Positions 39,186-51,260 of a stretch of DNA of 64,000 nt are shown one piece after another. The DNA is taken from assembly GCF_004010195.1 (NCBI RefSeq), contig NC_057718.1, positions 9,930,872 to 9,994,871 on the forward strand, read 5' to 3'. Origin of the DNA: Chiloscyllium plagiosum. Lineage: Eukaryota. How positions within the stretch are numbered: position 1 is the first letter of the stretch; each line of letters starts with the position of its first letter. The notes beneath the pieces are model-generated. The model was not told the origin of the DNA, made no database searches, and saw nothing but the letters and a program-made list of their open reading frames with translations. Both the position numbers and the translations under genes were made by a program.

Positions 39186-40024
39186 AACTTCTACTCCATG
39201 TCTGCTCCACTCTTCAATGAGATCATGGCTGATCTGAAGATCCTTGACTCCACTTTCGTACCCTTTTCCCCCTTAACCCTCGATTCCCTTATTGATTCAA
39301 AATCTACCGCAGCCTTGAATATACTTAATGACCCAGCCACAAAACGCCTCTGCGGTAAAGATTTTCACAGACACTCAACTCTCTGAGTGAAGAAACTCCT
39401 CATCATCTCTGTCTTGAATGTGTGACCCCTTATTCTGTGATGTCCTGTGACCCTTACCTCTCCCACAAGGGGAAAATTCAGTTTCTGAACTGATGCTTGC
39501 TGGCTCAGTAGAATCAGAGAAAACGTCTGACACATGGACTTGCGTGGGTAGGGAAGGAAGTAAGGCTGGGAAACCCCTCAGGAATTTGCACTAAAGCTGC
39601 AGAAAGATTTTGATTGTAATTACTTTAAGCAGAATGCTACCTTACCACAGTTCTTCTGCTCCAGATTTTAACTCGTACAAGTCCCTGTCCATTCCTGCAT
39701 TCGCTGAACTATGCTGGTTCCTGGTTAAGCAGTGATTTGATTTTAAAAAACAATTCTGATCTTTATTTAAACTCCCCCAGTGCTCTCTCCTTTCCCTTCC
39801 TCTGTAATCCAGTTCGGCCGTACAACTGGGGTCATTGCATTGGGGGTTCGTTGCTTCTGGATTTTCGGTGTCGGACCCCCCCCCCCCCCCCCCCCCCCAC
39901 CTCCCCCCATTCCCACCTCGTGCGTATCTGCGAGTTGACATCGTGACAAATCCTGGTGATTCTGTGGATTCCGAATGGGCTGTGCTGTTGTTTAGACATT
40001 TAAGAAAGAAAACAAATAAAAGAT

Positions 40025-40648
40025 GGGGCGGTTCAGTGGTTGGAACTGGTGCCTCACAGCATCAGGGCCCTGGGTTCAATTCCCACCACGGGCGATTGTC
40101 TGTGTGGCGTTTGCACGTTCTCCCTGTGCCTGCGTGGGTTTCCTCTGGGTGCTCCAGTTTCCTCCCACAATCCAAAGATGTGCAGGTCAGGTGAATTGAC
40201 CACGCTAGCACGGTGGTTCAGTGGTTAGCACTGCTACCTCACAGCACCAGGGTCCCAGGTTCAATTCCAGCCTTGGGTGACTTTCTGTGTGGAGTTTGCA
40301 CATTCTCCCCGTGTCTGTTTCCTCCGCGTGCTCCGGTTTCCTCCCACAACCCAAAGATATGCAGATCAGGTGAATTGGCCATGCAAAATTGCTCATAGTG
40401 TTAGGTGCTCCAGTCAGAGGGAAATGGGTCTGGGTGGGGTACTTTCTGGAGGGTCAGTGTGGACTTGGTTGGGCCGAAGGGCCTGTTTCCACACTGTAGG
40501 GAATCTAATTTAAATTGCCCACAGTGTTAGGTACATTTGTTAGGGGTAAACATAGAGTGGGGATTAGGTGTGGGTGGGTTACTCTTCGGAGAGTCCATGT
40601 GGATTTGTTGGGCCGAAGGGCCAGTTTCCGTACTGTAGGGAATCTAAT
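40025..40648 (+). mobile_element. Nested HE1-type SINEs (copy ~40208-40510 inside copy ~40025-40648)
   Basis: The outer copy breaks at gaccacgcta and resumes at aaattgcccacagtgttagg after a complete inner copy. Confidence 0.82.
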
Positions 40649-40879
40649 GTAAAGAAACTCTCTAAAATATCTGCACTTAACTACCTCAAGTCTGTTGAGC
40701 AAACTCTGTTTACATTTACTGGAGTTCCTACTTGAGATGGTGACTGAGAATTTTAAAGCTGATGGCAATGCAAATGGACAGTAAATGGCCAGAATAAGTG
40801 ATCCATAGTGGTAGTACTTGGACAGTTCGTCCAGTTATTAAAACCAAAATACACACGTGTTTTATTTCTCTTTTTAAGG

Positions 40880-41465
40880 TGTAACCCTTGGTCAGTATTA
40901 CAGGCAGTACTAAAACTTTTTGGTATACGGTATTCAGTTCTGGTCTTCCCTGCTGTAGGAAAGATTATGTCAAACTTGAAAGCGTTCAGAAACTATTTTC
41001 AAGGATGTTGCCATGGTTGGATAGTTTGAGCTACAGGGAGAGGCTCAACAGGCTGGGGCTATTTTCCCTGAAGGATTAGAGGTTGAGGGCTGACCTTATC
41101 GAGGTTTATAAAATCATGATGGGTATGGAAAGGGTGGATAGCCAAGGTCTTTTTCCCCAGGGTGGGGGAGTCCAAAACTAGAGGGTGCAGGTTTACGGTG
41201 AGAGGGGAAAGATTTAAAAGAGACGCAAGGGGCAGCTTTTTCATGCAGAGGGTGGTGCGTGTATGGAATGAGCTGCCAGAGGAAGTGGTGGAGGCTGGTA
41301 CAATGACAACATTTAAAAGGCATCTGGATGGGTATATGAATAGGAAGGGTTTCGAGGGATATGGACTAAATGCTGGCAAATGGGACTAGATAAGATTAGG
41401 ATATCTGCTTGGCATGGACAAGTTAGACTGAAAGGTCAGTTTCTGTGCAGTACATCGCTGACTCT
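40880..41465 (+). mobile_element. CR1 3' fragment
   Basis: GESKTRGCRFTVRGERFKRDARGSFFMQRVVRVWNELPEEVVEAG. Confidence 0.9.
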
Positions 41466-44199
41466 CTCAAATTTACACAAGATCTCTGTACATTGTTGGC
41501 CACCTTGCCTTCAGTGATCGAGATACTAACTTTTGCATGGCCTGCAAAATCTCTCCATCTCTCTTTCCCTCTGTCACTCCTCCATTCAGACTCACCTTAG
41601 AAACTACCTCTTCAACCAGGCATTTGGGCATGTGACTTAACTTGGGATCACAGTCTAAGGAAACGGTGCGGGCTATTCCAGACTGAGGTGAGAAATTTGT
41701 TCACCCAGAGAATGGTTGGGGCCAAAACATTGAATGTTTTCAAGAAGGACTTCTAGGTCTTAGGGCAAAAGGATATGAGGAGAAAGCAAGATCAGAGTTG
41801 GATGATCAGCAATCATCCTATTGAATGCCAGAACAGGCTCGATGGGCCAAATGGCCTATTCCTACTCCTATTTTCTACATTTTTTTTATCTCATTGTGTG
41901 GCTCAGTGTCACTATTTGTTTGATACTAGTCCTCTGAAACACCCCGGGGCAGCTTAATACATGAAAGATGCTGCAACACAAGTTGCTGGTGTAATGAAAC
42001 AAGTTATGAGAAACCTTTTAAAAGAGAGACAATGGCTCAGCCTCAGATGGAGTATCGCGCCCAATTCTCGGCATTATTGTTCAGGAAGGATATGAATGTT
42101 CTAAAAGGAGTGGCAGAAAAGATATACAAGAGCAAGCTAAGTGAATACGTTGGTGACACTAAGGTTGTTCTTACAGGAAAATGTTGCAAGGAGATCGTGA
42201 TAGAGGGGTTAAAAATCATGAGAAATTCCGACAGATTAGGCAGAGAGAAACTGTTCTCATTGGCACAAGGATCAGCAACCAGACGACATGGGCCTAAGAT
42301 TAAATGAAAAAAATCAGACAACCTGAGGAAACAACTTTTTTTTTTCATGAATAGTTGGGTTCTGGAATGCATTGACTGAGAGTGTGTTGGAGATAGATTC
42401 GGTAAGGCTTTCAAAAGGGAAATCAGATAAGCACATTGAAGAGGAAGGTTGTGGACTGAGACAGGCTGAATGGGCTGTATGGTCTACTGTGTGGTAGCCA
42501 TTCTTTGAAGTAAATGATCAGATTTTTCTTGCATTTTTCAATCAAATTCTATCATTGGTGACTCAGAGAAGAGTAAGAGATAGCCAGGGTTGAGTCAGAA
42601 AGAGGGAGCCTGGCTGAGAATACAGTGATGTCACTATATAAAGATTGTTTCAGTTTGTTAACATCAGATAGACCTCATTGAGCCTGGCAGTGTGAAGGTG
42701 GGTCCACGTCAGTGGAGACTGATTGTGTAAAATACCATGTGGTTCTCAGGGTTCAGACAGGCTGCTGTTCCTACGAGAGTAACTACATGTCAATAGTACA
42801 TCATTGAAACCCAGCTGGCACACCAGTGTTCTAAAGGGCAGGAAATCTGCCATCCTTGCTCATTCTGCCCAGAGGAGCTGGGCACCAAATACTGGCCTAG
42901 CCAGCAATACACATGGCCCATGAATGAACTTTTCACTTTGAGATGCCCTGCCATTGTAAAGATGCTACATAAATGCAACTGCTTGCTATTTTTCTTGTCT
43001 TCTGCTCAGGTTCAGTACCTGCTTTATTTCTACATTTCTCCTTTGGTACACTCCTGGACCTGGTCACAAACTCTCATCCTTGCAAGTACAAACTCATTCA
43101 CTCACACTCGCTCAATCATCCAGTACACTCGCTCACTAACTTGCATGTGTACAGTACACACCCCCACACTCGTTCACTCACCCACACTCGTTCACATACT
43201 CCTTCTCACTGACTCCCTGTCACGCACATGCTCAGTCACACTTCAGATTCACCGTCTCCAACTTGAAAAGTAAAACAGTTGCCATTGTTGTACCAGACCA
43301 TAGGACTTTTCCCTCAGATGACTCATGGTGGTTGAACCTGAGGGTCAGCATACCCCAGACGAGGGGTGAGGTTACGAAGGCAAGTACTTCATGATAACCT
43401 CAGCCTGTGCAGAAATTGAACTCACACTCTTGGTAACACACTGCATCGCAAGCCAACTATCCAGCCAATGTAGCTAACCAACAGCAGTCAGAGTTAGCCC
43501 ATCTGTACAGCCTGGGTTTAGGGTGGACAGAAGGAGTGTCCTGGGCCAGGTGATAAAGCTGCTGGAAGGTCAGGGTCTGGAGCCAGAATGGGATAGCATA
43601 AAATCATAAGATTGTTTCAGTGCAGAAGGAGGCCAATCATTCCAGTTCAAGCACAGAGCAAAGCAGGGCAGATAACAGTGTGCGGAGGGCAGACCAGTGA
43701 TGTCTGTGATGCTGACGGTTTGTCAGATCCACCAAGTCCCGCAATGGCTTCAGCAGCCGTGGGTAATTTTAATTCTGGGTTGTTGGATATCACATTTGGC
43801 ACACACTGAATTATTTAGTGAGGTATCACTAGGGGATACACCCTGTTTTTTTAACAGCACTTTCGGAGTCAGGGGTCAGTTGGAAGTGACTGCTTCATCC
43901 TGGCTTTAATCTGATCGGACTTTGTACACCTCTGGGTTGAGAGCGAATAGACTCTGCTTTTGCTGTCAGTTAACTTCTAGATATCAAAAAAAGGAGGCGG
44001 TGGAGATTAACTCGACACAATTGCTAGAAATTTGAAAAGAAAACATCCATGTGCCAATTTGTCTTGTGACTCGGGGAGTGAAATCTAAAACACAACGGGC
44101 AGCAATGCTCACTGAGCTTATATGGTTATTATTAACTGTAGTAGCTTTATTCAAGAGTATTGCTTGTGCACAGTTGACCAGTTAAAACGACTTCCAATG

Positions 44200-44995
44200 A
44201 GAAAGAGAGAGGGGGTGGAGTTTATGTGGAGACAGTTACTATGACTTTGGAAGTCTACATATCAGATTTCACTCCGAGCAGTCACGCTCTCCTGGCTTTC
44301 TCTCTCTCTTTCTCTCTTGTTCTTGTATCCTGAATAGCGAATCGCTCTGATTGGGATGGGTCTTTCCTGTGTGTGTGTGTGTGTTTGTCTCTCTTCGGCT
44401 GAACCAGTAGCTGAAGAGGAGTAAAGTGCTCTCACCGAAAGAGAAACGAGGAGCCAACAACTTGCTGCTCATGATAAAAAAAGGAGAAATCTATTTGATG
44501 TGTTTTGTCTCAGTGCTGCACAGAGAGGAGAAGGATAGCCGCAGACCGTGAACCACTCCAGTGACGGCGTTTGAATGTGCCTTCTGTTCGCATGGACTGG
44601 CACTAAGATACAAATTCATTGATCATTCAGTGAAGGAAGTCCCAAAGGGGAGAGTGACAGGTTATCCTGCTGTGGGATTCTATCTCACACTGTGTGCTGT
44701 TTTGTCTTACACAATCCTCCTGGGCACCTGGCTAGGAACCTCCTTTTACCTGTTGTGTGCCTGTTCCGAGAGTAAATTCGGCCAGGGTTTTGAAGCAGTT
44801 TATACTGTACCCTACTTGAATATGTTGATTCAGGCTGACTCAGCCAGAGCCCTCTGTGGATCAGTAAAGTGAGTGTCTGACTGTAGGACGGCTCGTTGTT
44901 CGGGTTAGATTGCAGAACCGTCTGGGAGGGTTTTGGAAGCGTAACTTCTTCCCAAGTGAAGCACGCATGTACATCGCTGACAACCGGTCGAAACG
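44200..44995 (+). promoter_or_regulatory. Putative promoter and long 5'UTR of the MKKD exon
   Basis: Largely transposon-free and locally CpG-enriched, with (CT)n and (GT)n tracts at about 44295-44385 and several short uORFs (e.g. 44471-44551, 44967-44999). The TSS cannot be determined. Confidence 0.5.
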
Positions 44996-45203
44996 ATGAA
45001 GAAGGATTGCCTCTCAGCGACGCAGAAGAAGAAGAAGAAACCAAGCCACAGCTCCATCCCTCGCACCCTGAGCTTTCTCCATTTGGCCTCCTCCACCAAG
45101 CAGAGTAAGCGGCTGTTCCGCAGCGATGGCGAGCTGGCGTCTGTTTGTGCACAGCAAGATCCCGACGACGAGAACTGGACTTACTCGCCACAACGTGCTA
45201 ACG
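44996..45203 (+). CDS. NHSL1: Alternative first coding exon of an NHS-family gene (NHS-like protein 1 type N-terminus)
   Basis: Encodes MKKDCLSATQKKKKKPSHSSIPRTLSFLHLASSTKQSKRLFRSDGELASVCAQQDPDDENWTYSPQRAN. This matches the human NHSL1 N-terminus as I recall it (MKKEG...RQTKRLFRSDGELSVCGQQVEVDDENWIY...). It ends AAC G|GTAAGG, a phase-1 donor suited to joining the shared (A)VSNLD exon, which lies outside the window. Paralogue identity (NHSL1 vs NHS/NHSL2) is not proven. Confidence 0.82.
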
Positions 45204-45289
45204 GTAAGGGCGCTGCGTGAAACCGCACAGCTTGTTTTAACACTGCCTTCAGTTGCCGCTTTCTGTACTGTCACTGTCCCCTGGCAGTT

Positions 45290-45640
45290 TTCCCCTCTCT
45301 CCAGAGACTGAAGGTTTTTGGTTCAAGCCCACTCCAGGTACTTGGGGCACAACATTCAGGCATCTGCCCTCAACCTGGCTCCAGGGGTAAGCGAGGACTG
45401 CAGATACTGGAGATCAGAGTAGAGTGTGGTGCTGGAAGGCAGCATCCAAGGAGCAGGAGAACTGACATTTTGAGCATTAACCCTTCCTGATGAAGGACTT
45501 ATGCCCGAAATGTCAATTCTCCTTCTCCTTGGATGCTGCCTGACCAACTGTGCTTTTCCAGCACCACACTCTACTTAATACTGCGGAAGTGCTGCACTGT
45601 CAGAGATGCCGTCTTTTGAATGAGACCTTGAACTGAGAAT
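45290..45640 (+). mobile_element. DeuSINE-like SINE remnant interrupted by a decayed family A PLE hairpin (~45385-45575)
   Basis: ggttcaagcccactccag head, then gtgctgcactgtcagagatgccgtctttt..atgagacc; the insert has inverted arms and ctgatgaaggacttatgcccgaaa. Confidence 0.62.
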
Positions 45641-46399
45641 GCTTCAAATTAGGGCTATTTCCACTTAAGGCAGACAGGGCTTCGGTTTAAGTTCCCATTT
45701 GAAAGATGGCAGCTCTAGCAGAGTAGCACTTGCTGAATAAAGTAAAAGTGAATAAAGAAACCGTAGTCCAAGAGGACCATTGGGCTGCTCCTTTGATGGC
45801 TGGGGGTGGTTTAACCTGAGGGTCACCACATCTCAGGTGTGGGGAGAGGTTGAGAAGGAGAGTCCGTCATGGTGACCTCAGTTGATGTGGGAGTTGAACT
45901 CACACTGTTGGCATCACACTGCATCCCAAACCAGCCAACCCACTGAGCTAACCAATCAGCACTACAATGGGTTACCTGCCCAAGTCTCTGCGATATGCAG
46001 ACATGCATCAATCCATAATATAAGGTGTAGGTGGGCAGACTGCGCACTGCCAACATCCCCTCTAAATAGTGTGTTAGCACAGCTGCATAGAAATCTTAAA
46101 GGGGACTGCGCTGTGCACACAACAAACAGGCTGGACACAAAGAAACATTCATGGGGGCGTGAAAGCTCTGAAGTAAGCCTTGAGCACACAGCTCTCTAAC
46201 ACCAAGACAAGACGGCTACCCACTGAGACATGGCTGATGTGCAAAGGTTCAGATTATAAATGAAGGAAAGCTGTGCTGTTTCGGTCCCTGTAATCCCTGT
46301 AATTATTGTAAAGGGCTGTGGAAACTACTGCCAAGTGGAAAGTATGCAACGTTCAGACCATTTCACGCTGCTCTTCTGAGGTTTTGCGTAATTAGATGT

Positions 46400-47040
46400 C
46401 CCATGTTAAGAAGCAGAGAGCCTAGTGTTCAAACGATGCCGAAATATTTGCGTGTTCTTCAGTCAGAAGTGCCAAATGAATGATTATTTTCAGCTCCCTC
46501 CTGAGGTGTCCACCATGAGTGATGCCAGCCTTCAGCTAGTTCGATTCAATCCATGTGATATTCAGAAACAGGTGAAGGCCGTGGATACTGCAAAGGCTAT
46601 GGGCCCTGACAATTTTCTGGTAATAGTAGTGAAGATTGTGCTCCAGAAGTAGCCACACTCCCCAGTCATGTTGTTCTAGTGAAGCTACAATACCAGTATC
46701 TACCCAGAAAATTACCCAGGCATACCCTGTCCACAGAAAAGCAGGACAAAGGCAAACCATTCACTTACCACTCCATCAATCTACTCTCGATCATCAGCCA
46801 AGTGATGGATAATATCATTGTCAGTGTTACTGAGCAGCACTTAGTCCAGAGTAACCTACTCACTGCTCAATTTGTGACCTTTCAGCATCACACGACTCCT
46901 GACCACATTCAGCCTTGGTTCAAACTTGGCAAAAAGAACTGAATTTAGAAGATGAGGTGAGAGTGACTACCCTTGAAATCGAGGTAACGTTTGACTGCGT
47001 GTGGCATCAAGGAGGCCCAGCAAAATTGGAGTGAATAGGA
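46400..47040 (+). mobile_element. Decayed non-LTR retrotransposon RT fragment (CR1/L2 group, distinct family)
   Basis: VDTAKAMGPDN...YHSINLLSIISQVMD...NLLTAQF resembles early RT subdomains, with frameshifts. Confidence 0.75.
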
Positions 47041-49189
47041 ATCAAAAACAGAAATTGCTGGCAAAACATAGCAGGTCTGGCAGCTTCTGTGAGAAGAAAG
47101 CACAGACAACGTTTCTAGATTGGTGACTTCATCAGGGAGTTCTGATGAAGATTCATCGAACTCAAAATGTTGGCTCTGGTGTTTGGGTGGGGTTGTGGGG
47201 AGATGGTGGATGGTAGTGGTGGTGGTATAGAACTTTCCACTGGTTGGAGTCAGCATTGGAGGTTAGCTGTTGTTTACCTGCCAGTTGCTGTTTCTGGTCT
47301 ATTTCGACTTGTTGTGATGGTTGTATGGTGGAGGCTGTCTAATGGAGATTTTAAAAATTAACTTCGAAGCACAGAAAGCAGAATCTTTCACTTCCAGATG
47401 CCAAAATCGCAGATAAATGTGAAAATAACTTGTTTTGTGGGGGGAATCTTGCTGAAAAGAGAGACATTGCTAAAGCTTTCATCAGGACAAGTGCAAGAAT
47501 ACCAAATTTCAAACGATCACACCAATTTGCACTGCAGGGAATAGAGCGTTGATTGGGTAGCAAGTGAGCTCTGGTCAAGGTGTTGCCTTGGAGAAATCAA
47601 TGGGCTCTCCAAGCTTCTGGTTAATCAAAACTGGTGTGCGACTTGAACATTTGTTTGCAGTGAACACATCCCTGTGTGTGCTGCTGCTTCAAGCAGGTAT
47701 AAAGGAGCCACATGATGAGCTCAGTTATCTTAAATTGGTTGTGTATGTAGCTATTAGCCCGTTCAGGATTGATTTTGTAATTCATGTTGTAAATTTTTGC
47801 AAGGCTGGCCTTTATTTTGCTCCCCTACTTGTCCCACAAAGCTGATGTACCATTCTCATCTGCTGATAGTGGTTTGATACAACGGAGTGCCTTGCTGGAC
47901 CTTTAGATAGCAGTCCAAGAGCGTTCATGCAGCATTGGAGTCTCATGGATCCAGTCCAGGTAAAAGACAACAGGTTTCCACCTCTCAATGACTTCAGTCA
48001 ACCACATGGGTCTCTGTTACCACCTGAAAGCCTCATGATCACTTTACTGATGCCACAGTCTTTAAACTAAATTCTGCCTCTCGTACCACCCTGATGGAAT
48101 GTGATTGCGTGATCACCAGATATTACAGTCGCAGTAACACTCAAAATCACTTGAAAGAGCTAGATTTTTTCTGGTGGATCACTTGAGTTGTAACAATGGA
48201 ACTGTCCATGCTCCTTCTGGTCTTCTGGCTACAGGGTCACCCCATCTCTCTGTCTACATGTGACTGCCTGGCGGTTCTATTCCACTTTGTGTTCACACGA
48301 ATCACTTGCTGCTCGTTCACTCCCTTCACTATCACTGTCTACAGTTCAGTGCTTACCCCTCCCCTGGTCAGTGTTAAAAGGATGGTTTACAAAATTGCTG
48401 GGCTGAAGAAAGTCATCCATTGTGAGAAATTTCAATCTAACTTGGTCCCATTAAAACAGAGATTTCATTATTTGCCAAAGTTACTCCATGAACTCAGTCT
48501 TCTAGTGATCTTCAAGTCCACTGCACAATGTGCATTTAGTTACCAGTCCTTGGCTGAGTCACGGGTTCATCAGTCCCTTATTGCCTTGTGCTGCTGTGCT
48601 CTCAGGCTCAGTGTGTTGTCAAAGGCCAAGAGCTGAATAGCTCGGTCTATCAACACAGAATCATCCAAGGTCAGAAGATGTTGTCCACTCGGTGGTCTTG
48701 ACTGAGCTGTGTTGTCTTTGGCTGGTGTGAACATGCAAATTAGGAGGAGGAGTGGGCCATTTGGCCCCTCAAGCCTGTTCCCCATTTCATAATATCTTGG
48801 CCTCCAATTTCCTGCTTATCCCTGTCCGCCTTGTCAGTAAAGAGTGTAACTCGACCTGAAACATTTTCAATTATTGTGCCGTCCCTCCACCCCTCTCTGG
48901 GGAAGGGAGTTCCACGGACTTACAATCCTCTGGAGAAAATAACATCTCCTCAGCTCCTACTTATTAGGGGGGACACCTTATTGTGTCCCCGAGTTCTAGT
49001 TATTTTTAGTCAACCTATAAGTTCACATGGCTGGGGCAGGTAGGACTTGAACCAGGATCTTCTGCCCTAGCAGTAGGGACATGATCACAGTTTAGATGAC
49101 AGATTTAACAGTTCAATTGAAATTCCACCAGCTACCTTTCACAGGATTTGAATGTCTGTCCCCAGAGCATTAACCTGGCCCTCTGGATT

Positions 49190-49895
49190 TTAGATTTAGA
49201 TTTTCTTTTCACATGGACTCAAGTACAGGAGTATATAACGTTGCCCCACACAGCACAATCCTAGGTATGAAGGTACCTTGGTACAAACAACCTAGGTACA
49301 AAGTAGTAAGAGAAACCGAGTAAAACATTCGGCATTATCTTCATAGAATAAGTAGAAAAATAAATAAAATATTAGTTTAACATCCTTCTTAATTTAAACT
49401 AGTAAAATAAAGGAATTAAGTTAAAGGTTCAGCAGAACTGGATGAGTCTTCTGCTTATCCCATTCTTGGGAGATCTCAGCTGCCTGTTCTCAATGCCGCT
49501 GCTGCATATACTCTAGGAGGTTGGGGGGAGATCCCTGACAGCTCGCTCCGGCTGCGTTGGGTTGTGATGCCATCGCTGCTGCTCCTGCTGAAGCGGCAAT
49601 ATCCCTGATTTCCTGCTGCTGCCTCCGGAACATGACTGGACAGGACCCACTCGCACACTGAGCCACCGCCACAAGACACCGGGAGACTGGGCCGAGAGAC
49701 ACCACCATCACCAGACACTGAGAGATCGGGCCAAGATTCTGAGAGACCAGGCTGAGACACCTCTATTCGCCATCGAGGCTGGGAGTAAAGAAAAAAAAGC
49801 ACCAAGAGAGACAAAACAAAGAGGGGGATAAAAAAAAAGAACCAAACAGAGCGGATGAGCTCTGGCTGAAGCGTCCTACTCCACCTCCGTCTTGA
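49190..49895 (-). mobile_element. Putative non-autonomous Rex/Babar-related element
   Basis: The minus strand starts gtcaagacggaggtggagtagg (resembles CAAGATGGCG LINE starts) and ends gtccatgtgaaaagaaaa(tctaaa)2, like the Rex tail at 33940-33973. No RT ORF. Confidence 0.45.
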
Positions 49896-51102
49896 CTTTC
49901 CTTTATGCCACCATCCCTGCATGTCCCCCATTTCTAATGTCTGCCATGTGGGAAAATGATCATTGTGACCCTCACTGGTTGTTCTCCCTCTGTCACGTTT
50001 CTCCCTTTGCCCTCCACACCCATCCTCTCCTCTCCTTCCATTCCCTCATGCCCCCCTGCCTCTCCACGTCCTGCCCCTCTGCTCAGCCACACTCCTCTCA
50101 GACATCCTGTCACCATAACAACCAGGATCATTTCTATTTGTCATCTGTTTGAGGTGTATTTCTGTGGATCTGAAAAGCTCAGACAAAATACAGATAGTTT
50201 CCACAAACAGTCTCTGGAGAGGACTTACTGTAAGCCAGTGGGGAAACAATTACATAAGCTCCAGACAGAATGACCCAAGCAGAAAGTAATCTCCTGTGGC
50301 CACCATAAGTCTTATTCTGAGGGGTCATGACACTTGGGAGTACAACATCAAATTATATTTTTATAATGCCTTTCACATAATGCCATTTGCCTGTTGAACC
50401 ACATGAGATATTGTGCTACGCAACCAAAGCTTGGTCAGAGGTAGGTTTGAAGGATCATCTTAAAGGAGGAAAGCAAGGTAAAGAGATGAAGTGGTGTCGG
50501 TTTGGAATTCCTGAGCTTAGGGCCAATGTAACAAAATGCACAGCTCCTGATGGTGGGAGTATTAAAACTGCTGATGCTCAAGAGGCCAGTATTAGAGAAA
50601 CACTGATATCTCAGAGGGTCTTGGGACTGTTGGAGATTACTGAGTTAGGGAGGAGTGAGGTCATGGAGGAGCATGATAACAGGGGTGAGACATAGTCATA
50701 CAGCATGGAAACAAACCCTTCGGTCCAATTCGTCCGCACCATCAAGACATCCCAATCTGACCTAGTCCCATTTGTCAGCATTTGATCCATATCCCTCTGA
50801 ATCCTTCCGATCTAGATGCCTTTTAACTGTTGTAATTGTACCTGCATATACCACTTCCTCTGGCAGCTCATTCCATACATGCACCACTCTCTGCGTGAAA
50901 ACATTACCCCGCAGAAGTGGGAGTAAGTGGCTTTAGTCAGTACTCAACAAAGAGTTGTTGCCTTTTAGTTTGTCTAAAGTCTATCATTCTTTCTTCGCTG
51001 AAATATAGAACACCTCTGCTCAAGTTTACTAATGTCAAGCTAACACCAGCTGAATCCCCAGCACAAGTGCTCTGCTAGACTCCATTACCTACACTTTTCA
51101 AA

Positions 51103-51260
51103 GTGTAGGTAATGGAGTCTAGGTAAAGTGATTCCTGAAGAAGGGCTTATGCCCGAAACGTCGATTCTCCTGTTCCCTGGATGCTGCCTGACCTGCTGCG
51201 CTTTTCCAGCAACACATTTTCAGCTCTGATCTCCAGCATCTGCAGACCTCACTTTCTCCT
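51103..51260 (+). mobile_element. Family A PLE terminus-only insertion with intact hammerhead (51130-51167)
   Basis: gattc CTGAAGA aGGGC ttat GCCC GAAA CGTC gattc; 15-bp TSD cctacacttttcaaa at 51088-51102 and 51261-51275. Confidence 0.9.

Noticed and set aside
39876..39908. Poly-C tract giving poly-Pro/Gly ORFs
   Set aside because: Simple homopolymer with no coding support.
44561..44872. 103-aa hydrophobic ORF upstream of the NHSL1-type exon
   Set aside because: It starts at GTG and has no recognisable homology; better explained as 5'UTR.
45204..45220. Continuation of the ORF to the stop (GKGAA*)
   Set aside because: It lies beyond the GTAAGG donor and is intronic.
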